From the NCBI RefSeq assembly GCF_042466455.1, contig NZ_JAXHCI010000002.1, positions 1,470,834-1,502,833 on the forward strand: a stretch of 32,000 nt of DNA, read 5' to 3'. Made by a program: the position numbers and the translations under genes. Below the pieces are notes generated by a model. It was not told where the DNA came from, did not search any database, and saw only the letters and a program-made list of their open reading frames with translations. Shown here one piece after another: positions 8,515 through 15,739 of this stretch; within the stretch, counting starts at the first letter, position 1; each line of letters opens with the position of its first letter. This DNA comes from Loktanella sp. R86503 (lineage in GTDB: Bacteria > Pseudomonadota > Alphaproteobacteria > Rhodobacterales > Rhodobacteraceae).

Positions 8515-11289
8515 TTACTGCGCCTTGGCGAGGTCGCGCAGCACGTAGTGCAGCACGCCGCCGTGTTCGATGTATTCGATCTCGATCGCGGTATCGATGC
8601 GGCATTTGATGTCGATGGTTTTGGTTGTGCCATCGGCCGTCGTGATATGCGCTTTCACCACTTCCAGCGGCTTGATTGTATCAAGGCCGTCAATGCTGAC
8701 GGTTTCTTCGCCAGTCAGGCCCAGTGTCTTGCGCGTATCGCCGTTCGTGAATTCGAACGGAATAACGCCCATGCCGACGAGGTTGGAACGGTGGATGCGT
8801 TCAAAGTTTTCGGCGATGACGGCTTTGACGCCCAGCAGGGCCGTGCCTTTTGCGGCCCAGTCACGCGAGGAACCTGCGCCGTACTGCTCGCCCGCAAAGA
8901 TGACCAGCGGCGTGCCGGTTTCCTCATAGGCCATGGCGGCGTCGAAGATCGAGGTCTGGTTGCCGTCGGGGCCTTTTGTGTATCCGCCTTCGACGCCGTC
9001 CAGCATTTCGTTCTTGATGCGGATATTGGCAAAGGTGCCACGCATCATGACTTCATGGTTGCCGCGGCGCGAGCCGTAGGAGTTGAATTCGCGCACGGGC
9101 ACCTGATGTTCCAGCAGGTACTGACCGGCCGGACTGGTTTCCTTGAACGAGCCGGCGGGGCTGATGTGGTCGGTCGTAACCATGTCGCCCAGAACGGCCA
9201 GAACCTTGGCGTCCTTGACGTTGTGGATCGTGCCTGCGTCCTTGGACATGCCTTTGAAGTAAGGCGGGTTCTGAACGTAGGTCGACTGGGGCGGCCAGTT
9301 GTAGGTTTCGCTGTCGACAACTTCGACAGCCTGCCACTTTTCGTCGCCTTTGAACACATCGGCATATTTCGACATGAAGGCTTCGCGGGTTACGGTTTTT
9401 TCGACCAGATCGGCGATTTCCTTTTGTGTCGGCCAGATGTCTTTCAGGAAGACATCGTTGCCATCCTTGTCCTGACCCAGCGCATCCTTGGTGATGTCGA
9501 CGTTCATGTCGCCGACCAGCGCATAGGCCACAACCAGCGGCGGGCTGGCCAGGTAGTTGGCGCGCACGTCCGGCGAAATGCGGCCTTCGAAGTTGCGGTT
9601 ACCGGACAGGACCGACACGCCGATCAGGTCGTAATCATTGATCGCCTTGCTGATTGCCGGCTCTAGGGGGCCGGAGTTGCCGATGCAGGTCGTGCAACCG
9701 TAGCCGACAAGGTGGAAGTCCAGCGCGTCCAGATCCTCTTGCAGGCCTGCGGCCTCCAGATACTCGGTCACAACCTGAGAGCCGGGCGCGAGAGAGGTTT
9801 TGACCCAAGGCTTGCGGGTCAGGCCAAGGGCGCGCGCCTTACGGGCCACAAGACCGGCACCGATCATCACGTAGGGGTTGGATGTGTTGGTACAGGAGGT
9901 GATCGAGGCGATCACGATCGAGCCGTCGTGCAGCTGGTAGTTGCCGTCGTCGGTCTGCACATAGCCCCGCTTGTGGTGCCCTTCGTCGCCGGGGATGTCG
10001 CGCGGTTCTGGCTGGCCGCCTTCACCTTCCCAGCGGATTTCTGCATTGGCAGAGGTATCCTTGCCTTCGCGGATTCCTTTGACGTACTGACCAAACGCCG
10101 TGCCGGCGATATCGAGGTTGATGTGGTCCTGCGGACGTTTAGGGCCAGAGATGGCGGGCACAACGGTGCCCATGTCCAGCTCCAGCGTGTCGGTGTAGAC
10201 CGGTGCGTAGTCGGCATCGCGCCAGAAGCCGTTCGCCTTGGCATAGGCTTCGACAAGAGCAATCCGGTCTTCGTCGCGGCCTGTCAGGCGCAGATATTTC
10301 AGGGTTTCGTCGTCGATAGGGAAGTAGCCGCAGGTTGCGCCGTATTCGGGGGCCATGTTGCCAATCGTGGCGCGGTCCGCCAGCGGCAGGTGATCAAGGC
10401 CGGGGCCGTAGAATTCGACGAACTTGCTGACCACGCCCTTTTCGCGCAGCAGCTCTACAACCTTCAGCACCAGGTCGGTGGCGGTGGTGCCTTCGGTCAT
10501 CTCTCCGGTCAGTTTGAAGCCGACGACTTCGGGGATCAGCATGGAAATCGGCTGGCCCAGCATCGCGGCTTCTGCCTCGATCCCGCCGACACCCCAGCCC
10601 AGAACGGCCAAACCGTTGACCATGGTCGTGTGGCTGTCGGTGCCGACAAGCGTATCGGGGTAGGCGACGGTTTCGCCGTTCTGGTCGGTATCGGTCCAGA
10701 CGGTCTGGGCCAGATATTCCAAGTTTACCTGGTGGCAGATGCCTGTGCCCGGCGGTACAACGCGGAAGTTGTTGAACGCGTTCTGGCCCCACTTCAGGAA
10801 CTGGTAACGTTCCATGTTGCGTTCGTATTCGCGGTCGACGTTCATCTGGAATGCGCGCGGGTTGCCAAATTCGTCGATCATCACCGAGTGGTCGATCACA
10901 AGATCGACAGGGGCCAGCGGATTGATCTGCTGGGCGTCGCCGCCCAATGCCACGATGCCGTCACGCATGGCCGCAAGGTCCACCACGGCGGGCACGCCGG
11001 TGAAGTCCTGCATCAGCACGCGGGCCGGACGATAGGCGATTTCGCGGGGGTTCTTGCCGCCCAGGGTGGCCCATTCGGCAAATGCCTTGATGTCATCTAC
11101 CGTGACGGTCTTGCCGTCCTCGAAACGCAGCATGTTTTCCAGCACGACCTTCAGCGCGGCAGGCAGCTTGCTGAAATCGCCTAGACCGGCCTGCGTGGCG
11201 GCGTCAATCGAATAGTAGGAGACCGACTGGTCGCCGACCGTCAGGGTCTTGCGGGTTTTTGCGGTATCAGTGCCGACTGTGACTGTCAT
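8515..11289 (-). CDS. acnA: Aconitate hydratase A
   Basis: About 924 aa with aconitase motifs (GTDSHTTM, SCTNTSNP, GCTTCIGNSG, AGEQYGAGSSRDWAAKG). The start is set at the ATG at 11289 (MTVTVGTD...), which has an AAAGGGA RBS. The alternative is the ORF start at 11328. Confidence 0.95.
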   Translation of the reverse strand: MTVTVGTDTAKTRKTLTVGDQSVSYYSIDAATQAGLGDFSKLPAALKVVLENMLRFEDGKTVTVDDIKAFAEWATLGGKNPREIAYRPARVLMQDFTGVPAVVDLAAMRDGIVALGGDAQQINPLAPVDLVIDHSVMIDEFGNPRAFQMNVDREYERNMERYQFLKWGQNAFNNFRVVPPGTGICHQVNLEYLAQTVWTDTDQNGETVAYPDTLVGTDSHTTMVNGLAVLGWGVGGIEAEAAMLGQPISMLIPEVVGFKLTGEMTEGTTATDLVLKVVELLREKGVVSKFVEFYGPGLDHLPLADRATIGNMAPEYGATCGYFPIDDETLKYLRLTGRDEDRIALVEAYAKANGFWRDADYAPVYTDTLELDMGTVVPAISGPKRPQDHINLDIAGTAFGQYVKGIREGKDTSANAEIRWEGEGGQPEPRDIPGDEGHHKRGYVQTDDGNYQLHDGSIVIASITSCTNTSNPYVMIGAGLVARKARALGLTRKPWVKTSLAPGSQVVTEYLEAAGLQEDLDALDFHLVGYGCTTCIGNSGPLEPAISKAINDYDLIGVSVLSGNRNFEGRISPDVRANYLASPPLVVAYALVGDMNVDITKDALGQDKDGNDVFLKDIWPTQKEIADLVEKTVTREAFMSKYADVFKGDEKWQAVEVVDSETYNWPPQSTYVQNPPYFKGMSKDAGTIHNVKDAKVLAVLGDMVTTDHISPAGSFKETSPAGQYLLEHQVPVREFNSYGSRRGNHEVMMRGTFANIRIKNEMLDGVEGGYTKGPDGNQTSIFDAAMAYEETGTPLVIFAGEQYGAGSSRDWAAKGTALLGVKAVIAENFERIHRSNLVGMGVIPFEFTNGDTRKTLGLTGEETVSIDGLDTIKPLEVVKAHITTADGTTKTIDIKCRIDTAIEIEYIEHGGVLHYVLRDLAKAQ

Positions 11290-11374
11290 GGCTATCCCTT
11301 TGGGGTTGAGGACTGTGGCTTGCGCCACTTTTGCCCCAAGCCGCGCAGCCGTTCAAGGGGTTGTGGCGAAAAAA

Positions 11375-11392
11375 GGTATACAATTGTATACC
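11375..11392. promoter_or_regulatory. Perfect 18-bp palindrome GGTATACAATTGTATACC (candidate operator)
   Basis: The sequence is exactly self-complementary. It lies in the 229-bp divergent region between acnA and the DUF1223 gene. A related GGTTTATACC is at 11408-11417. Confidence 0.4.
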
Positions 11393-11518
11393 GGCTGGGC
11401 GCGTGACGGTTTATACCGCACATCGAGGGCCTTCACCGGATGTCGCAAATCCTTGATTGGTCATTACAATGTCTTTTTCATAAACGATAGAAACAGAAAT
11501 TTTGTGGAAAGTACCCTC

Positions 11519-12232
11519 ATGCGCCATGTCTTCGCCGCCTCTGTCATCGGAGCGATCTTTGCCGGAACCGGTCTGGCTGCGCAGGATCGGGGTATTCAGG
11601 ACTGGGGTACGGTGGTGGAGCTTTACACCTCTCAGGGTTGTTCAAGCTGCCCGCCTGCGGACCGGATCTTTGAACAGATTGCCGACCGCGATGATGTGAT
11701 CGCCCTGGCGCTGCATGTGGATTACTGGGACTATATCGGCTGGAAGGACGATCTGGGCAGCCCTGCCTTTACCGCCCGTCAGCGTGGATATGCCCGAGAA
11801 TGGCAGGCGCGAAATGTCTATACGCCGCAAATGGTTGTAGCAGGGGTCAAGGAACTGGTCGGCAGTCACCCGGTCAAGGCGATGGATGCGATTACCAGCC
11901 ATCCGGCCCAGAATAACCCCGTGCAGATGTCATTGAGCCGGACTGGCGATGTCGCAACTGTCAACGCCACGGCCGTCGGTGCCGTGCCGCCGCGCGCGCT
12001 GGTGCAGATTGTCCGCTATACGCCGCGCGTCACGCGCGACATCCACAAGGGCGAGAACGCGGGCAAAACCGTTATTTACCGCAACGTTGTCACCAGCTGG
12101 GTTGAGGCAGGCGAGTGGAACACTGGCCAACCCCTGTCGCTGAATGTGAATGTGACCGGCGATGCGCCAGTGGTCGCCATTATTCAGGACGGCCCGGCGG
12201 GTGCGATTCTGGGTGCGGTGCAGCTGCGTTAA
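11519..12232 (+). CDS. DUF1223 domain secreted protein
   Basis: The ATG at 11519 gives a signal-peptide-like N-terminus (MRHVFAASVIGAIFAGTGLAAQ). It then reads VELYTSQGCSSCPPAD...HVDYWDYIGWKD, typical of DUF1223. The upstream part of the tracked ORF overlaps the acnA promoter region. Confidence 0.8.
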   Translation: MRHVFAASVIGAIFAGTGLAAQDRGIQDWGTVVELYTSQGCSSCPPADRIFEQIADRDDVIALALHVDYWDYIGWKDDLGSPAFTARQRGYAREWQARNVYTPQMVVAGVKELVGSHPVKAMDAITSHPAQNNPVQMSLSRTGDVATVNATAVGAVPPRALVQIVRYTPRVTRDIHKGENAGKTVIYRNVVTSWVEAGEWNTGQPLSLNVNVTGDAPVVAIIQDGPAGAILGAVQLR

Positions 12233-12236
12233 CGCC

Positions 12237-13184
12237 TTATTTCCAGCGGCGGTGCACCCAGAACCATTGTTCGGGGTGATCGGCGATCCGCGCCTCCAGC
12301 CGTTTTGTTGCCTCGGTCATCATTGTCAGCGGATCACTGTGGGCAATGGGCGATTCGACGACCACGTCAAAGGACAGGCCGTCGGGCTGGCGAATCCCGA
12401 AGTAGGGCACCAGCAAGGCGTCAAAGCGCAATGCCATTTCCGCGGCCGCCATGGATGTCAGCGCCGGACGATGCAGAAAGTCAATCGCGGGCGCACCGTA
12501 GACGTGAACGTCAAACAAAAGCGTGCCCATGCCGCCGGCCTTGATATGGCGGGCAAAACCCATCGTGCCGCGCTTGCCTTGAGCAAAGACGGGGCCACCC
12601 CAACTGGTCATCGTTTCGCGGTAGTGCGCATCAACATAGGCGTTCGCCATCGGGCGATAAAGTCCGCCGATGCGCGCGCCATCGCGGGTCAGGACGTGGC
12701 GGGGGGCTTCGAAGTTACCGAAATGGGCCGTCAGGAAAATGATCGGGCGGCCAGCAGCCATTGCCTTTTGCACCGCATCAACGCCGTCACCGCGCGGCAA
12801 GGTCTGTGACAGTTGCGCGGCAAAATCGCGGTTGGCATAGTTTTCCATCAAGGTGCGGCCGAAATTGTCCAGCACACGGGTGGCCAGATCGCGGCGGGCG
12901 GATGTGTCCATCTGGGGATAGGCATCTGCCAGGTTGACCATGGCGCGGCGCCGGTAGCCTGCCAGCGGACCAATAACGCGGGCGACAATTGCCCCCGTAC
13001 CGCGGACCCGCATGCGATAGGGCAGCAGGTTCATGCCGCCGATAAGGGCGCGCAGGACCAGATTTTGCAGCCATTGCGAACGGCTGCCGTCAGGCACTGC
13101 GACGGCTGCCGTGGTGTCGGTCTGGGCGATACCGGTCTGTCTGGCATCGGTCCGGGCGTTATCAGTCTGGGCGTTATCGGTCAT
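12237..13184 (-). CDS. Lysophospholipid/lipid A biosynthesis acyltransferase family protein (LpxL/HtrB-like)
   Basis: 315 aa. The layout resembles late lipid A acyltransferases (N-terminal TM, FLTAHFGNFE H-box-like motif, PEQWFWVHRRWK C-terminus). The N-terminus carries a pentapeptide repeat. Confidence 0.8.
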   Translation of the reverse strand: MTDNAQTDNARTDARQTGIAQTDTTAAVAVPDGSRSQWLQNLVLRALIGGMNLLPYRMRVRGTGAIVARVIGPLAGYRRRAMVNLADAYPQMDTSARRDLATRVLDNFGRTLMENYANRDFAAQLSQTLPRGDGVDAVQKAMAAGRPIIFLTAHFGNFEAPRHVLTRDGARIGGLYRPMANAYVDAHYRETMTSWGGPVFAQGKRGTMGFARHIKAGGMGTLLFDVHVYGAPAIDFLHRPALTSMAAAEMALRFDALLVPYFGIRQPDGLSFDVVVESPIAHSDPLTMMTEATKRLEARIADHPEQWFWVHRRWK

Positions 13185-13214
13185 GGCAATCAGGTAGTGC
13201 CCTGCCGCGTCTTT

Positions 13215-13247
13215 GAAAAGCCCCGCATTTCACGCAGGCATGCGGGC
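13215..13247 (-). terminator. Putative rho-independent terminator downstream of the fliG-like gene
   Basis: On the minus strand, stem CCCGCAT/ATGCGGG (13240-13246 / 13222-13228) is followed by GCTTTT. It begins 12 nt after the stop codon. Confidence 0.5.
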
Positions 13248-13258
13248 AGGGGGTCTGA

Positions 13259-14332
13259 TCACTCTTCCGCGTCCGGGTCGATCAAGCTGATGGTGCCGTC
13301 GTCGGCCAGGGCGCGGATGGCGGTGCTGACCGCATTCATCGCGGCTTCACCGTCGACCGTTTTGGGTGTGCCGCGTTCGGCGGCTTCTTCTTTCATGCTG
13401 GCGGCCATACGCTGCGAAATGCAGTCGAGGATGAAATTTGCCGCTTCTTCCCTTTTGCCGCCGGTGCCGAGGGCAAAGGCCATGGCCGTCGCCAGATCGC
13501 CTGAATCAATGGCGCGGATGCAGTTGGGCATGTGAATTGGACGCACGCGGGCGGGAATGTCTTCAAAGGTAAAGATGGCTTTGCGCACATCCTTTGCGAA
13601 ATCGGCGTCGGATTCGTCAAGGCCCACCAGAACATCATCGCGGGTCAGCGCCGGGCTGGAGTTCAGGATGGCCCCAACCCGTTCGACAGGTGCCTTTTCA
13701 AAAGCGGTCAGGCGGGTGCGGCAATAGTCAGATACCAGCGCCTGCCCGATCCGTAGGACGGCATCGGGGGCTATGTCCGCCGTCTGGCGCACGGCAAAAG
13801 TAATGCGCCGGGCGCGTTCACCGGGCAATTTGCCCAGCACTTCCGCCGCGCGGGCGACAGGCAGTTTGGATAGCAGCACCGCACCGATCTGGATGCTTTC
13901 GTTTGACAGGATCTTGACCACTTCGTCAGTGGTCAGGTTTTGCAGCCGGATGAAAGGGTCGCGTCCTGTGCGATTATCCATCTGGTCGCGCAGTTTGTCG
14001 GCCAGATGCGGCGAAATTTGGCCAGATAACGCTTCGAGTGCGGCATCAACGTTGCCGGGGGCAGACAGGCCGATGGCATCCAGCAAATCGGCAAATTCGG
14101 TGGCCACTGCGTTGACCGTGTCCCGGTCAACCAGCCGGATCGCACCAAGTTCACGTGCTAGGTCTTCCTGCACATGATCGGGCATGGATGATAGGGCCAG
14201 TTTGTTGCCATCGCTGATCAGCAATTGCACGATCAGCGCCGCCTTGCGTTTACGTGACAAACGCAGCGTGCCGGATGCGCCGGGCGCACCCGCGGGTGCA
14301 GAATCAGAAAGGGGATGAAGGGCATTGAGCAT
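13259..14332 (-). CDS. fliG: FliG-type flagellar rotor/motor switch protein homolog
   Basis: 357 aa with a three-domain FliG-like layout. The N domain is RKRKAALIVQLL...MPDHVQEDLARELG. The middle domain is NESIQIGAVLLSKLPVARAAEVLGKLP. The C domain is VRKAIFTFEDI...ISQRMAASMKEEAAERG. An AAGGTGG RBS precedes it. Confidence 0.8.
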   Translation of the reverse strand: MLNALHPLSDSAPAGAPGASGTLRLSRKRKAALIVQLLISDGNKLALSSMPDHVQEDLARELGAIRLVDRDTVNAVATEFADLLDAIGLSAPGNVDAALEALSGQISPHLADKLRDQMDNRTGRDPFIRLQNLTTDEVVKILSNESIQIGAVLLSKLPVARAAEVLGKLPGERARRITFAVRQTADIAPDAVLRIGQALVSDYCRTRLTAFEKAPVERVGAILNSSPALTRDDVLVGLDESDADFAKDVRKAIFTFEDIPARVRPIHMPNCIRAIDSGDLATAMAFALGTGGKREEAANFILDCISQRMAASMKEEAAERGTPKTVDGEAAMNAVSTAIRALADDGTISLIDPDAEE

Positions 14333-14376
14333 GGCCCCACCTTACCGGCAGAGCGGTCAACGAATGGTAAACGCCC

Positions 14377-14868
14377 TTAGCCTTTGGCGTAGTTCACCGA
14401 CATGCCGCGCAGCGCTTCGATGGCGTCCGGCGACAAATCTTCTATGGATTTGGTCGCGTTGTGCAGTTCGGTCAGCACGCCGGCCAAATCCTGAATTTCG
14501 CCGTCGGTAAATTCGCGGTCTGCCCGCGCAAAGCTGCCAAAGCTGCGGCTGCCATCGGTTTCAAGCGCACAAACAACGCCGTAGTTCAGCCCGTGCTGTG
14601 CGGCCCGTTGCATGACCCGCGACGGATCATCCGTCAGATCGGACCAGCGGCAGCTGCCGTCATTGTTAAAGCCCCAGGATACGGTCGGATCGGCCATCAC
14701 CAAAGCGTGCAGAGAATAATAGGTCGTCCAGGCCTTTGGATAGGCCTGAAGCAGAAAGGTCGGAGTCGTATAACGGATGTGAAAGGCCAAGGCGTAGCCT
14801 GCAGGCGCAAGGCCTGATGCATCTTCAAGCCGCTTCATCATCTGCGCGATGTCCGACATTTTCATCAT
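14377..14868 (-). CDS. LuxR-family autoinducer-binding-domain protein lacking the HTH DNA-binding domain
   Basis: It is paralogous block-by-block to the N-terminal domain of the LuxR at 14985-15593 (RWSDL/RWSDM; SRSFGSFARADREFTDGE / HRSFASFIRPDREFEDLE). It ends at LSPDAIEALRGMSVNYAKG*, just after the first HTH-domain helix. The start is ambiguous: ATG at 14868, 14865 or 14859, or GTG at 14922. Confidence 0.8.
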   Translation of the reverse strand: MMKMSDIAQMMKRLEDASGLAPAGYALAFHIRYTTPTFLLQAYPKAWTTYYSLHALVMADPTVSWGFNNDGSCRWSDLTDDPSRVMQRAAQHGLNYGVVCALETDGSRSFGSFARADREFTDGEIQDLAGVLTELHNATKSIEDLSPDAIEALRGMSVNYAKG

Positions 14869-14966
14869 CCTGTGGCCCGGTCTTTCAGTTTCATTTACAG
14901 TAAAAAGCTGATTTGCTTTCACTCTCGGGTGTCATACTATCCAAAAGTGTAATTCGCATCTCAACT

Positions 14967-14982
14967 ATAAGGCGACGTTAAC
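14967..14982. promoter_or_regulatory. Near-consensus CtrA-type box ATAA-N7-TTAAC in the divergent luxR / luxR(N-only) promoter region
   Basis: ATAAGGCGACGTTAAC has one mismatch to TTAA-N7-TTAAC. It lies 3 nt upstream of the luxR ATG and 45 nt upstream of the tracked minus-strand ORF start (14922). Confidence 0.25.
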
Positions 14983-14984
14983 TG

Positions 14985-15593
14985 ATGGTCCGACAGATGA
15001 CGCCTCAGGACGTTCAACGTGTTTCGCCATCCGGACACTACATCGCGCTCCGTATCGGTTTTGCCTTCCCGATGGAAGAGATCAACGCGCTGCCGACAGA
15101 ATGGGTTGACCACTATACTAAAAATCGTCTGATGCTGTTCGACCCCGTCATGCGATGGGCCTATGCCAACACCGGCTTCAGGCGCTGGTCGGATATGCGC
15201 GGCGATGATCCTCATGGTGTTTTGACCATGGCCTCTGCCTTTGGGTTGCGTTTCGGCCTGACGGTTGCCGTCTTTGATGAAAACCTAGAAGGCCACCGCT
15301 CGTTTGCAAGTTTTATTCGCCCCGACCGCGAGTTCGAGGATCTGGAAGCGCGGCTGCTGGTGGCGTTTCTGACCCGCCGCCACCATGAAATGCTGCCGCC
15401 CACCAATCTGACCAATGCCGAGCTGGAGGCTTTGGCTATGGTCAAAGATGGCAAGCGGCTCAAGCAGATTGCGTTCGATCTGGGCGTTACCGAAGGGGCG
15501 GTCAAGCAGCGGCTGAAAAACGCAAAGGTCAAGCTGGGGGCCAATACCAGCACGCAGGCCGCAACGATGGCGCGGCAATTCAAGCTGATCTGA
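14985..15593 (+). CDS. luxR: LuxR-family AHL-responsive transcriptional regulator
   Basis: 202 aa with an autoinducer-binding-type N domain. It has a C-terminal GerE/LuxR HTH (LTNAELEALAMVKDGKRLKQIAFDLGVTEGAVKQRLKNAKVKLG). It lies immediately upstream of luxI. Confidence 0.88.
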   Translation: MVRQMTPQDVQRVSPSGHYIALRIGFAFPMEEINALPTEWVDHYTKNRLMLFDPVMRWAYANTGFRRWSDMRGDDPHGVLTMASAFGLRFGLTVAVFDENLEGHRSFASFIRPDREFEDLEARLLVAFLTRRHHEMLPPTNLTNAELEALAMVKDGKRLKQIAFDLGVTEGAVKQRLKNAKVKLGANTSTQAATMARQFKLI

Positions 15594-15610
15594 CCTTTGC
15601 CAAGCCAGCG

Positions 15611-15625
15611 TTAATACTTTGTTAA
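15611..15625. promoter_or_regulatory. Perfect CtrA-type box TTAA-N7-TTAA upstream of luxI
   Basis: TTAATACTTTGTTAA lies in the AT-rich luxR-luxI spacer, 115 nt upstream of the luxI ATG. Confidence 0.4.
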
Positions 15626-15640
15626 TAGCTGTAGCAATTA
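15623..15640. promoter_or_regulatory. lux-box-like imperfect palindrome TAATAGCTGTAGCAATTA
   Basis: 14 of 18 positions are self-complementary. It contains a CTGTAG core reminiscent of lux/tra boxes. It lies 100 nt upstream of luxI and overlaps the second TTAA of the CtrA-type box. Confidence 0.3.
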
Positions 15641-15739
15641 CCCCTCTGGGGTGTGCGATCCAAAGGCTGTCCGCACTGCGGTTGAGACTCGTCCGGGCGT
15701 AATGACTAAAAATGGATTCATCCTAAAGGAGAATCCACC

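Noticed and set aside
8221-8609. Short ORFs on both strands across the ccmG-acnA spacer (74, 97, 65 and 64 aa), considered as possible small proteins.
   Set aside because: They are generated by the inverted-repeat element itself, which gives mirror-image translations on both strands. They lack RBSs and have biased, non-protein-like composition. The region is better explained as structured DNA or RNA.
9712-11184. Very long ORFs antisense to real genes. Examples: 490 aa opposite acnA, 372 aa at 8548-9666, 476 aa opposite glnA at 19063-20493, 364 aa opposite the SDR at 27497-28591, 370 aa opposite serS at 820-1932, 307 aa at 5549-6472, 256 aa at 6700-7470, 288 aa at 28692-29558 and 250 aa at 17589-18341.
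   Set aside because: Their products are low-complexity and rich in R, A, G, P, H and Q, with no recognisable motifs. Each lies opposite an unambiguous conserved gene. In GC-rich genomes the strong third-position GC bias depletes stop codons on the antisense strand, so such shadow ORFs are expected.
13107-13181. The 15-bp tandem repeats as a CRISPR-like or regulatory repeat array.
   Set aside because: The units are contiguous with no spacers and in frame within an ORF, and there are only five copies. This is a coding pentapeptide repeat, not a CRISPR array.
15713-15737. The hairpin TGGATTC/GAATCCA around the luxI Shine-Dalgarno sequence as a translational switch.
   Set aside because: The SD (AAGGAG, 15726-15731) lies mostly in the 11-nt loop rather than in the stem, and the 7-bp stem is weak. 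Sequestration is not supported.
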